40,603 nucleotides of DNA from a virus (IMGVR_UViG_3300049780_000003:1-40603), one strand, 5' to 3'. Positions 7,745-15,621 are shown, counted from the first letter of the stretch. The notes: generated by a model from the letters alone, not told the origin. Made by a program: numbers and translations.

Positions 7745-8318
7745 CGCGGCCACCGCCCTCGATGGAGTCGGCGCGGTCACGGAGCAGCGCCACAGCCATC
7801 GCCACTCCGGGGTCGAGAGCGCGCGATGCGATGCCCTTCATGGATCTCCGCGAGTCGAGCAAGCCCGCCGCTTCCCGCAACGCCTCCGCTGTGGCTTCGC
7901 GGAGCGCGTCAGCCAGAGCAGCGCCGGGGCGTAGGTCGTACACGGCCCACTGATCGGTGCGGGACGGCATCGAGTAGTGGGTGTGCTTGATGGCGTGCTC
8001 GTGGCAGCGCGGCCCTAGCGCATCGGGCGGGAACAACTTGCCCCAGAGAAGGAACTCGGCTCGGCGTGCACAACGGTCGCCGTGCTCGTCTTCCTCGCGG
8101 CACCATTCGCGCCGTCCCCGCTCCACCGCCGCATCGGTCGCCGGGTCAGGCGCGGCGAGCAGGTTGGCGGCGACCTTCGCGAACGCCTCGCGCTGGTAGA
8201 GCGGCCAGTCGCGAGGGTCGCCCATGTCGGCGTCGAGCAGCGTGTCGATCACCCACGTCGGCGGGTCCGCCAGCACATCCGCCGCCGTGGGGTGCGCGGC
8301 CGGGTCGGGGGCGGTCAT
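7737..8318 (-). CDS. Hypothetical protein
   Basis: ATG 8318, central C..C..CHEH motif. Confidence 0.65.
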   Translation of the reverse strand: MTAPDPAAHPTAADVLADPPTWVIDTLLDADMGDPRDWPLYQREAFAKVAANLLAAPDPATDAAVERGRREWCREEDEHGDRCARRAEFLLWGKLFPPDALGPRCHEHAIKHTHYSMPSRTDQWAVYDLRPGAALADALREATAEALREAAGLLDSRRSMKGIASRALDPGVAMAVALLRDRADSIEGGGRDE

Positions 8319-8413
8319 CGTCGCCACCCGTCGCGCCGATCGATCCACAGCTCCACCGCCACCACGGCGGCGATCACCGCGAACAGGCCGGCGCCGATTG
8401 CGTACTCGCTCAT
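8315..8413 (-). CDS. Single-TM micro-protein (32 aa)
   Basis: MSEYAIGAGLFAVIAAVVAVELWIDRRDGWRR, ATGA overlaps on both sides. Confidence 0.55.
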   Translation of the reverse strand: MSEYAIGAGLFAVIAAVVAVELWIDRRDGWRR

Positions 8414-9120
8414 GCGTCGCTGCCCTTCGGCTCGTCGAACGCGTCCTCGGCGGTGACCTCGGGCGCGACCGGCGCGACGTCGGGTCGCTGCTTGAGCATG
8501 GCGATCACCTCTCGTGCATGCGCCTCCGTCACGTCGGCGCGGGATGTGTAGTTCGCGCCTGTGGCGCGGTTGATGCCCGCGAGTTGGGCGTCCTCGGCGA
8601 TGCCCTTCTGACCGAAGAGCGCGAACATCTGCCCGCGCGTCTTAGCGGTCATGGGCTCGTCCTCGGGCGGCGGAGGCGCGGCCTTCTTGGCGGCGGGCTT
8701 TCGCTTCGGTGTGCTCTGCGCGAGCTGTCCGTCGTCGTCGTCGTCGGTGACCAGGCCGGTCATGCAGCCGAGCAGGTAGCGGCGCATGTAGGTCAGCGAC
8801 GAACCCACCTGTTGCGGCGTGGCGCCGTTGATCGGCAGCGAGGCGGTGAGCGACTGGCCGGACGAGTGCAGCAGCATCCCGGTCAGCACGCCACCACCGG
8901 GCAGGCAGGAGAACGAGAGCCCGTGCTTGGCGAGCAGCGGCATGGCCGCCTCGCTCACGTCGGCCAGGCCCGCGTAGGTGTAGGAGTACGAACCCTTGTC
9001 CGACTTCACGGTGGCGGTGTGCGCCTTCGCCACGGTCGGCATCTCGGCCTGGAACGCCGCCAGCGCGGTGGCGATCTGGTCGAGCGCGGGCACTGTGGCC
9101 TCGGTGGTGGTCTCGCTCAT
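8410..9120 (-). CDS. erf: ERF-family ssDNA annealing protein
   Basis: ALAAFQAE..YSYTYAGLAD..KHGL..HSSGQ..QQVGSSLTYMRRYLLGCMTGLVTDDDDDG is the ERF signature. Confidence 0.9.
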   Translation of the reverse strand: MSETTTEATVPALDQIATALAAFQAEMPTVAKAHTATVKSDKGSYSYTYAGLADVSEAAMPLLAKHGLSFSCLPGGGVLTGMLLHSSGQSLTASLPINGATPQQVGSSLTYMRRYLLGCMTGLVTDDDDDGQLAQSTPKRKPAAKKAAPPPPEDEPMTAKTRGQMFALFGQKGIAEDAQLAGINRATGANYTSRADVTEAHAREVIAMLKQRPDVAPVAPEVTAEDAFDEPKGSDA

Positions 9121-10040
9121 GCAGCACCGCCCCGGATCAGCTCGGCGGCCTTCCACTTCCGCACGTCGTGGTGGATCTCGGCCGCCAGTTGCGCCGCGCG
9201 CCAGCCCTTCTCGAGGTCGAGCGGGATCACGTCGCACCCGCCCGTAGCGGCGGGCATGTGCACGAGCAGGCCGGTGGTCAGGTCCAGGTGCTCATCCAGC
9301 GGCGAGCGCGCGCCGGTCGCCGGGTCGTACAGGTAGCCGTGCGCATAGATGGCGAGTTGCATTGCCGTGGCCAGCGGGTAGTCCGCCTCCGACTTGCCGG
9401 ACTTCAGGTCACCGATCCTGGTCGCCGGCCCCGGCAGCGGCCCGTACTTCGTAGGCGCATCGGGCGGGCAGAACCACAGGCGGTCGAACGACCCTGCGGC
9501 GCCGAGCTCGTCGCACACGACGAACGTCTCGGACCGCAGTGCCGTGTATGGCGCGGTCGCCGCGCGGTAGGCGTCGAGGCGCGGCCTGTCGGAGTCGGGG
9601 ACGAACAGCGGCTCCTCGCCGCGATCGATCGCCTCGGTGAGCGCGTGGAGCCCCGTGCCGGAGGATGCCCCGGTGGACGCGCCGGCCGCCTCGGTGGCTT
9701 CCTTGCACACGTCGTTCAGCGCGCGCTTGGTCGGCCAGTCGGTGTCCGGGTCGCCGTTGGCGAGCGCCCCGGCGATGCGGGTCAGCAGGTCGGGGCGGCG
9801 GACCAGGCCCTCGGCGGTCTTGCGCTGCTTCCACGACATGAGGTTGTTGAGGTCGTCGAGCGCCTTGGCCAGCGTCGAGACGCGGGTGTAGGCGACGGGC
9901 TCGCCGCCGTCGGGCGGGACGATGAGGGGTCGGCCCCAGCGGTCGCGGGGGATCTCGGTGGTGGTCATCGACTGCTCGTTCCGTTGCGTGGGGTTGTGGA
10001 GGTCTGATCGGGCCGCCTTGATCGCGGCGTAGCGGCTCAC
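9117..10040 (-). CDS. PD-(D/E)XK (RecB/Cas4-like) exonuclease
   Basis: RDRWGRP..YTRVSTLA..GTGLH..AAGSFDRL..IGDLKSGK..MQLAIYA, adjacent to ERF. Start may be ATG 9968. Confidence 0.85.
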   Translation of the reverse strand: MSRYAAIKAARSDLHNPTQRNEQSMTTTEIPRDRWGRPLIVPPDGGEPVAYTRVSTLAKALDDLNNLMSWKQRKTAEGLVRRPDLLTRIAGALANGDPDTDWPTKRALNDVCKEATEAAGASTGASSGTGLHALTEAIDRGEEPLFVPDSDRPRLDAYRAATAPYTALRSETFVVCDELGAAGSFDRLWFCPPDAPTKYGPLPGPATRIGDLKSGKSEADYPLATAMQLAIYAHGYLYDPATGARSPLDEHLDLTTGLLVHMPAATGGCDVIPLDLEKGWRAAQLAAEIHHDVRKWKAAELIRGGAA

Positions 10041-10144
10041 TCGTCGCTCTCGGGGTCGCAGGTGTGGCAGCCGGGACAGGTGCAGGCGTGGCAGGAGCAG
10101 ACGCCTACGGGTTCGGCGGTGAGGTAGTAGCCGCCGCCGCTCAC
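10037..10144 (-). CDS. Metallothionein-like Cys-rich micro-protein (35 aa)
   Basis: MSGGGYYLTAEPVGVCSCHACTCPGCHTCDPESDE, GTGA overlaps on both sides. Confidence 0.5.
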   Translation of the reverse strand: MSGGGYYLTAEPVGVCSCHACTCPGCHTCDPESDE

Positions 10145-10458
10145 GACCGACCCGCCTTCGCCCGCCGCTTCTCGTCCAGCTCCGCCACGACCAGTGACAG
10201 GCTCCGCTCGTGGGTGTCCTCGACGCGCTCGAGCTCGGCGGTGAGCAGGATGATCGAGTCCTCGGCGTCGAACGCCCGCTGCCGCCATGCCTCGCTGGCC
10301 CGCGCCTGTGCTTGCGCCGCCGTGAACCAGTGGTGGCCGTTGTCGTCCGCCTCGTCGCGCTCGGCGGCGAGGTCGCGCACCTGGGCCTCGCGGGCGACGT
10401 CGCGCCAGAGCAGCGTGGCGCAGGCGGCGGCGAGAATGAGCAGCAGAAACAGCATCAT
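10141..10458 (-). CDS. Membrane-anchored coiled-coil protein
   Basis: MMLFLLLILAAACATLLW then heptad-rich segment, GGAG RBS. Confidence 0.7.
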   Translation of the reverse strand: MMLFLLLILAAACATLLWRDVAREAQVRDLAAERDEADDNGHHWFTAAQAQARASEAWRQRAFDAEDSIILLTAELERVEDTHERSLSLVVAELDEKRRAKAGRS

Positions 10459-11006
10459 GACTCCTTCTTCTTCGCGCGGTACGCGACTTCTCGTCCTCGT
10501 TGGCATGTTCGGCACGTTCGCCGGCCCTTGTAGACGTAGGTGTTCTCGGGGCTGTACTCATGCCCGTGGATGCAGCGCGTCGCCAGAGGGCTCCGCAGGC
10601 CACGGCTCCGGTTCTCGAACGAGGTCACCGGCTCGAGATGGTCGGGGCGCACGCACGCCCGGTTGCGGCACAGGTGATCCAAGACGAGACCGTCGGGGAT
10701 CGGTCCAACCTGCTCTTGGTACGCCCAGCGATGGGCCAGCCGCTTAACTCCGCCCTCCCCGTGGAAGTGGCCGTACCCATTGACATCGAGCCAGCCCAGC
10801 CACAGCCAGCAATCGCCCGACTTGTCGACCTTGGCCCAGAACCGCTCGCCGGCTGGCCGGGTTCGCAACCGGGGGGCGTGCCCCGTCACGACCCGCCGCG
10901 GCTCTCCCTTCACCCAGCCCCACCTACTGTCAGTCTTGGGCGCGATTTCCGTGGGCTCACCGCACCCGCAGGCGCAAAGCACCTTCTCCGTCTGGTCGAT
11001 GCTCAC
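10455..11006 (-). CDS. HNH homing-type endonuclease 1
   Basis: CACGCG, RFWAKVDKSGDCWLW..GYG..AHR..DHLCRNRACVRPDHLEPVT..EN, C-terminal CIHGHEYSPENTY..RTCRTC. Confidence 0.9.
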   Translation of the reverse strand: MSIDQTEKVLCACGCGEPTEIAPKTDSRWGWVKGEPRRVVTGHAPRLRTRPAGERFWAKVDKSGDCWLWLGWLDVNGYGHFHGEGGVKRLAHRWAYQEQVGPIPDGLVLDHLCRNRACVRPDHLEPVTSFENRSRGLRSPLATRCIHGHEYSPENTYVYKGRRTCRTCQRGREVAYRAKKKES

Positions 11007-11206
11007 CGGTACGTCCTCTCGATCCAGTCCCGCGCCCGCCGCTCCAGCGCCTGCTCCTCACCACGGTCCATCCACAGGTCGTCGTCGGCGTCGACCTCGG
11101 CGCTGGCGGCATCCATCGCGGTCCACGGGCGGTCGGGGGCGGCGGAGTTCCAGATGGCGGCGGCGGTGGCGCAAAGTGCGCAATCTTCGACGTGCGCGGC
11201 GGTCAT
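11003..11206 (-). CDS. Hypothetical protein (67 aa)
   Basis: MTAAHVEDCALC..., overlaps with neighbours. Confidence 0.55.
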   Translation of the reverse strand: MTAAHVEDCALCATAAAIWNSAAPDRPWTAMDAASAEVDADDDLWMDRGEEQALERRARDWIERTYR

Positions 11207-11376
11207 GGGGTCCGCTCCGGCAGCGTGGCGACGTACTCCCGCTTGGGGTTCGTCAGCGTCAGGACGCCGATCCCGTTCTCCTCGTCCACCTCGATCTGCG
11301 TGCCGGGGTTGGTGAACGCCAGGAGCTCCAGGTCGTCCCAACTCACGCGCTTGGACCTGCGTGTCGTCGCCTTCAT
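11203..11376 (-). CDS. Hypothetical protein (57 aa)
   Basis: MKATTRRSKRVSWDDL..., ATGA overlaps. Confidence 0.55.
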   Translation of the reverse strand: MKATTRRSKRVSWDDLELLAFTNPGTQIEVDEENGIGVLTLTNPKREYVATLPERTP

Positions 11377-11804
11377 GCCGCCGCCCTCTTTCGTGCCTGG
11401 CTCCGGCGCACGGCCGCGGCGTTGCAGGCGCGGCACTTCCGTTTGCCACTGTCGGGGCGGGCGTAGGTGTTCTCAGGGGTGTATTCGTGGCTGTTGACGC
11501 AATGCGTCTTGGCACCGCTGCGGAGTCCGCGGTTCACGTTCTCCTCGTTGGTGACCGGCTCCATGTGCCACGGGTTCACACAGGCGCGATTGCGGCAGAG
11601 ATGGTCGATGACCATGCCCTCCGGGATCGGCCCACGGAAAACCGAGTAGCTGACGCGATGGGCCGGCCGCTTCTTGCGGTCAACGGCGATGGTCCCGTAG
11701 CCATAGCGATCGCGTGCCGCCCGCCACGTCCAGCAACCATGCGGGTCTGTGTGGGTGTAGAAGATGATCCGCACGCGGATCGACATGTTCCTTGTGACGC
11801 TCAT
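11373..11804 (-). CDS. HNH homing-type endonuclease 2
   Basis: GCWTW..GYG..AHRVSY..DHLCRNRACVNPWHMEPVTNEEN, C-terminal HCVNSHEYTPENTY..RKCRAC. Confidence 0.9.
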   Translation of the reverse strand: MSVTRNMSIRVRIIFYTHTDPHGCWTWRAARDRYGYGTIAVDRKKRPAHRVSYSVFRGPIPEGMVIDHLCRNRACVNPWHMEPVTNEENVNRGLRSGAKTHCVNSHEYTPENTYARPDSGKRKCRACNAAAVRRSQARKRAAA

Positions 11805-11806
11805 CT

Positions 11807-11950
11807 CTACTCGTGTCCTCCCTCGCGGTGGCGGTCGTCCACGTGGGAGCCGCTGGCGCTGACGTGCACACAGCCGCGGCCATTCCCGGTGTGCGGCTCG
11901 CGATTGACGCAGGGCAGGCCGGAGAGGCGGTGGCGGCAGGGGGTAGTCAT
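11807..11950 (-). CDS. Cys/His micro-protein (47 aa)
   Basis: Not in the ORF track. MTTPCRHRLSGLPCVNREPHTGNGRGCVH..., ATGA overlap. Confidence 0.5.
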   Translation of the reverse strand: MTTPCRHRLSGLPCVNREPHTGNGRGCVHVSASGSHVDDRHREGGHE

Positions 11951-12360
11951 GACGCGGCCAGCGCGCGGTCGAGGCTGCGGTGGAAGGAGTCGGTCGGCTG
12001 CTGCTCGCGGGCTGCCTCGATCACGGCGGCGGCGCGGAGGGTGGCGATGACCTCGATGGCGTTGCGGTGGGGGGCGTCGTTCCAGCGCCAGAGCGCGTTC
12101 CCGGTCGTGGGGTGCGAGTCCAATGCGCCCAGGCCCAGGTACTCACGCACCGCCTGACCGGCGGGGCACCGATTGACCGCGAAGATCGGCGGCAATGGCT
12201 TGCCGGTCTCCACGTTGACGCCCCACTCGATGCCAGCGGCGGCGGCGATCGCACCCTCCAGGCACAGGCCGCCCTCGCCGCCCCATCCGCCGTGGCCCGT
12301 TCGCCAGCCCTCGCGCTCGACGGCATCCGCCGCCTTGGTCAGCACTTCGCTCGTCTTCAT
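11947..12360 (-). CDS. Hypothetical phage protein (DUF6197-like)
   Basis: ATG 12360. VLTKAADAVEREGW..LCLEGAI..WND....EVIATLRAAA pattern. Confidence 0.65.
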   Translation of the reverse strand: MKTSEVLTKAADAVEREGWRTGHGGWGGEGGLCLEGAIAAAAGIEWGVNVETGKPLPPIFAVNRCPAGQAVREYLGLGALDSHPTTGNALWRWNDAPHRNAIEVIATLRAAAVIEAAREQQPTDSFHRSLDRALAAS

Positions 12361-12382
12361 CTGTACGATTCCCTTCGTAGGT

Positions 12383-12595
12383 GGCCCCGATTGCCCTGCT
12401 CGGCTCGGGGCCGCTTCTCTTCTCTGGCCTTGAAGTGGCCCCGCCGCCTTGCGTCCCTGTCGGGCGGCGGGGCCGTCCTCGCCGCGGAAGCTCACCGCCC
12501 GCATGGGGTCGGGCTGGTGGGAGCCGGCGAGGAGCCTGTGTTCTGTTGTGCTCGCGGCGGCAGCGGAGCTTCCCCACTCACACCGCCGCCGCGAG
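12383..12595 (-). ncRNA. Four-hairpin structured intergenic RNA element in the early operon
   Basis: Stems at 12551-12595, 12476-12533, 12437-12474 (12-bp perfect) and 12383-12412. G-U extensions favour the minus strand. Confidence 0.5.
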
Positions 12596-12596
12596 G

Positions 12597-13094
12597 TCAG
12601 GGGGAGGCGCGTTGCATCAGCACGCCAGCGTCCGGAGCCGCGGTGGCGAACCGGCGCAGGGCGGCAGCGGCGCGCTGGCCAAACCCGTGCATGGACAGCG
12701 GCATGGATGAGCGCTTCTGCGCGTGATTGGTGCCGATGAAGGCGAAGTCGCGCAGGAGGACCATCGAATCGGAGGCGCGTGTCATGCGGTCGTGCCAGCC
12801 GCCGTTCGCCACTGGCCCGAGCCAGATTCCGCAGCCGTGCTCCATGAAGCGATCGGCCCAGGCTGTCGAGTTGGAGAACGGTGGGTTCAGCCACACGAAG
12901 CCGCGCCAAGGGCGCGTGAGGCCGTCGTCGTCCTTGGTCCACACGGCGGCGGTAGGTACCCGTGAAACACCGAGTGGCGGGCTGGCCGGGTCAAGGTCGA
13001 ACGTCTCGCCGAGCGCCTCGAAGATCCAGGCTGGGGTGTAGCGCTCATCGGTCTCGCGGGACTGGATGGGAGCGTCAAACAGGAGGTCGCTCAT
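12597..13094 (-). CDS. Phage Dam-type DNA N6-adenine methyltransferase
   Basis: ATG 13094. DERYTP..FDLDPASP..DDGL..W..VWLNPPFS signature. Confidence 0.85.
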   Translation of the reverse strand: MSDLLFDAPIQSRETDERYTPAWIFEALGETFDLDPASPPLGVSRVPTAAVWTKDDDGLTRPWRGFVWLNPPFSNSTAWADRFMEHGCGIWLGPVANGGWHDRMTRASDSMVLLRDFAFIGTNHAQKRSSMPLSMHGFGQRAAAALRRFATAAPDAGVLMQRASP

Positions 13095-13480
13095 GCCGCA
13101 CCCACCCAGCGATAGATCCGGTGCCCGTGCGTACCTCGGTCGGTGCTGGTCTCGTCGCCCACCGCCCGGATCACGCCCTCCTTGCGCAGCGCCGTGAACG
13201 TTGCGCCGACCACGCCGCCCTTCACGCCGTGGATGACGCGGGCGTCGTTCGCCGAGAACGGTTTTCCCGTCGCGGCCAGTCGCCGAATCGCCGCCTCCAC
13301 GCGGGCCGCGTCGCTGGGCCGAGCGGCGGTCGCCTGCGACTGCCCCTGCGCCTTCCCGGCGAGGCCGCAGTCGGCGCAGCCCTGGGTGGCGAGGTGGCGG
13401 CCATGGGCGCAGCGACCCTCGCGCGCGGCGAGCCAGGCGCCGAGGGGGTCGGCCACCTTGAACGCTCGGGCGGCGCTCAT
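13091..13480 (-). CDS. Hypothetical protein with Zn-knuckle and winged-helix-like C-terminus
   Basis: CAHG..CADC, then PFSAND..VVGATFTALRKEGVI..HGHRIYRW. Confidence 0.6.
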   Translation of the reverse strand: MSAARAFKVADPLGAWLAAREGRCAHGRHLATQGCADCGLAGKAQGQSQATAARPSDAARVEAAIRRLAATGKPFSANDARVIHGVKGGVVGATFTALRKEGVIRAVGDETSTDRGTHGHRIYRWVGAA

Positions 13481-13749
13481 CGGCCCATCTCCTCGTCGAC
13501 AAGGATCTGGAACTGCGCCGGGTGAAGGTCAGCCAGACGCCACAAGGCACGGGACCGAGCGGCACTCTCCCGCGCCTGCTTGTCGGCGATGCCGGGGCGC
13601 TTGCGGTACTCCTGGATGTACGCGCGGTTGGCACGGCGGCAGGGCGTACAGGGCGTGGTCCCCTCGCGCCCGTGCGTCTGGTAGCCCGCATAGGTGCCGC
13701 AGCGACCGCCTGTCGCGTCCATCGCCGCCTCGACCCGCTCCGCGCTCAC
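13477..13749 (-). CDS. Small Zn-binding protein (CGT..GY..H..C..C motif)
   Basis: GTG 13749. RCGTYAGYQTHGREGTTPCTPCRRAN. Confidence 0.65.
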   Translation of the reverse strand: MSAERVEAAMDATGGRCGTYAGYQTHGREGTTPCTPCRRANRAYIQEYRKRPGIADKQARESAARSRALWRLADLHPAQFQILVDEEMGR

Positions 13750-13910
13750 GTCGCCCTCCGCGCCATCGCCGGGTGGATCCGCGCCCACTCGCGCTCGGCG
13801 GCGGCGACCATCCGCGCGTGCTGCTGCGGGGTGACGCCGGTGTGCGGCGTGCGGGCGGCGACGGTGGCCTTCACCCAGGCGTGGCGGTGGGTGGTGGGGT
13901 CGGTGGTCAT
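13746..13910 (-). CDS. Hypothetical protein (54 aa)
   Basis: Not in the ORF track. MTTDPTTHRHAWVKAT..., overlaps on both sides. Confidence 0.5.
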   Translation of the reverse strand: MTTDPTTHRHAWVKATVAARTPHTGVTPQQHARMVAAAEREWARIHPAMARRAT

Positions 13911-14080
13911 GGTGCGACCAGCCACTGCAAGGCCACCGCCAGGGCGACGAGGAGAGCGCCGGGGAGGAGGGTGAGGGCGGCGAAGTCGCGGGCGAAGTCG
14001 CGGCGGGTGTCGTGGACGGGGCAGTTGCGATCGAAGCCGCCGGCGTCGAGGTGGCGGGGGTCGCAGGTGCAGGAGCTCAT
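13907..14080 (-). CDS. Small membrane protein (57 aa)
   Basis: MSSCTC..CPVH then a C-terminal hydrophobic helix, GGAGG RBS. Confidence 0.6.
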   Translation of the reverse strand: MSSCTCDPRHLDAGGFDRNCPVHDTRRDFARDFAALTLLPGALLVALAVALQWLVAP

Positions 14081-14277
14081 GCGTCCTCCAGCCGCTCGTA
14101 CCAGGCGTCGAGGTCCGACGCCGTGACGCGGTAGCCCTTGCCGACCTTCTTCGCCCGGAGCGTGTTGCCCTCGGTGGCCTTGATCGCGCGGAGCAGCAGG
14201 TCGCGAGAGACCGACTTGACCTCGGCGGCCTCCACGAGGGTGTAGGCGCGTTCGGCGGTGCGGGCCTCGGGGCTCAT
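14077..14277 (-). CDS. xis: Excisionase-like HTH protein
   Basis: AYTLVEAAE..VSRDLLLRAIK..LRAKKVGKGYRVTASDLDAW fits the MerR-like Xis pattern. Follows cro. Confidence 0.7.
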   Translation of the reverse strand: MSPEARTAERAYTLVEAAEVKSVSRDLLLRAIKATEGNTLRAKKVGKGYRVTASDLDAWYERLEDA

Positions 14278-14576
14278 GCAGCCGCCCCCTGACTCTTGTC
14301 ATTGTTACCGCTACCTGCGGATGCCTGTTCGTCGAAAAGGGCCAGGCGGGGCACCCCGAGCGCCTCCGAGATGCGCTCCGCCAACTGCGGCGTGCAGCTC
14401 TTCTTCTCGCCGGTCCGCAGGTGGCCGATCATCGACTTGCTGCACTGGGAGTAGGTCGCCAGGCGCTGGACCGAGAAGCCCTTCTCGTCCATGAAAGCGA
14501 TCAGGATCTCCTTGCTTCGGAGCTTCATCCACGTGCCCTTCGGATACGTCCGTCGGCGCCTGAGTGGCTGCGCCAT
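14274..14576 (-). CDS. cro: Cro-like XRE-family HTH regulator
   Basis: FSVQRLA..CSKSMIGHLRTG..C..LAERISEALGVP..LF. First gene of the leftward early operon, divergent from the repressor. Confidence 0.75.
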   Translation of the reverse strand: MAQPLRRRRTYPKGTWMKLRSKEILIAFMDEKGFSVQRLATYSQCSKSMIGHLRTGEKKSCTPQLAERISEALGVPRLALFDEQASAGSGNNDKSQGAAA

Positions 14577-14597
14577 GTCGTGCCCCCATCCTCTGTA

Positions 14598-14767
14598 GTA
14601 GACGGTGCGGTGTCAACCGTCTGCGGATGTTTCTACATGAGCCGGTAGACGTTTGTCAACGAATCACACGCGTGTAGTACCGCAGTTGACGGCGATACTT
14701 ACCGCATTTGGCGTACAGACAGGTAGACGGTTTCTGCCGTAACGTCAGGTCTCAGCGGTAGACGGTT
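14598..14767. promoter_or_regulatory. Divergent immunity switch region with repeated operator half-sites GTAGACGKT
   Basis: Copies at 14598, 14645, 14723 and 14758, plus inverted AACCGTCTGC at 14615. Minus-strand TTGACA at 14616-14611 and 14659-14654. Confidence 0.7.
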
Positions 14768-14817
14768 AGGTACACGGCCAAGTGGCGCCCGTGGTCGTCC
14801 GCCAGGAGAGTGATCCC

Positions 14818-15090
14818 ATGAGCCGGTTGCTGGCGATCATCGACGAGTACAAGGACACCCACGGCGGGCCGTCCGACTCCTCGATAGCGCGCGCCATCGG
14901 CGTGGCGCCGCAGACGATCAGCTCATGGCGGACGCGAGGGATCAGGGATCTCCCCGAGCGCGACACCCTGCGCGCACTGGCCGCGCTGACCCACCTCAGC
15001 TACGAATCCGACGTGCTGCCGGCGGTGCTCCTGGACATCGGCTACATAGACGACGAGGACGACCCTCCGGGGGAGGTGAGGGGCGCGTGA
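14818..15090 (+). CDS. Immunity repressor (XRE-like HTH)
   Basis: AGGAGAG RBS and ATG 14818. SDSSIARAIGVAPQTISSWR helix-turn-helix. Divergent from cro. Confidence 0.75.
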   Translation: MSRLLAIIDEYKDTHGGPSDSSIARAIGVAPQTISSWRTRGIRDLPERDTLRALAALTHLSYESDVLPAVLLDIGYIDDEDDPPGEVRGA

Positions 15091-15111
15091 GCATCCCGCC
15101 GCCAAGCAGGT

Positions 15112-15287
15112 GCCCCACGGTCGAGAGGCGTCGAAACCAGTGACCGTGGGGCGGAGGTAACAATACGGCTCCATCCGATCGCAGGGTGGGGCCGTAACTT
15201 CGTCGCCAGGCGCTAAGTTAAAGCCTTACGGCGCTGTCTCCTTCCCCTCGCCCCGAGGCACCTCTCCCCGGCGAGGGGCCCCACGGT
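15112..15287 (+). other. Structured intergenic region downstream of the repressor
   Basis: Hairpins at 15112-15152 (11 bp perfect), 15164-15196 (13 bp with 2 G-U) and 15244-15278. GCCCCACGGT is repeated at 15112 and 15278. Confidence 0.45.
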
Positions 15288-15564
15288 GCACTTCTACTCG
15301 GGAGGTCTCCTCGCCATGCTCTTCGCCATGCTCGAAACCCGCTGGCCGGCCGCGAAGGTGATCGCCGCCGTCTTGTGGGCTCTGGCCCTTCTGCTGACCA
15401 CCATCGACGCGCTCACTCCCGGCTGTGGGCTGCACGCGTTCGGCATCATCGCCTGCGCGGCTGGCGGGGTGCTGAACATCCGCTGTTGGTTTCAGGAGCT
15501 GAAACATCGCGAGGAGAACGCCTTCGAGATCGGCCGGGATGCCGGGATGCACTCGGTCAAGTAG
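15286..15564 (+). CDS. Small 2-TM membrane protein of the immunity region
   Basis: Two hydrophobic helices and a charged C-terminal tail. Start uncertain (15286, 15316 or 15328). Confidence 0.65.
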   Translation: MHFYSGGLLAMLFAMLETRWPAAKVIAAVLWALALLLTTIDALTPGCGLHAFGIIACAAGGVLNIRCWFQELKHREENAFEIGRDAGMHSVK

Positions 15565-15589
15565 CAGTCCGCCCCTTTCGCTTCTCAGT

Positions 15590-15614
15590 GCGTATATACG
15601 CGGCCTCCTAGCGT
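15590..15614 (+). promoter_or_regulatory. Leaderless promoter with perfect palindrome GCGTATATACGC
   Basis: Palindrome at 15590-15601. -10 TAGCGT at 15609-15614, 7 nt before GTG 15622. Confidence 0.55.
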
Positions 15615-15621
15615 CCCCCGG

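Noticed and set aside
9117-10040. Cas4 as part of a CRISPR system
   Set aside because: It is a PD-(D/E)XK exonuclease paired with ERF, a standard phage recombination module.
9117-14576. C-terminal -AA ends (Cro GAAA, HNH2 RAAA, exonuclease GGAA, WVGAA) as ClpXP degrons
   Set aside because: They are readily explained by the overlapping RBS/ATGA sequence of the next gene. There is no independent support.
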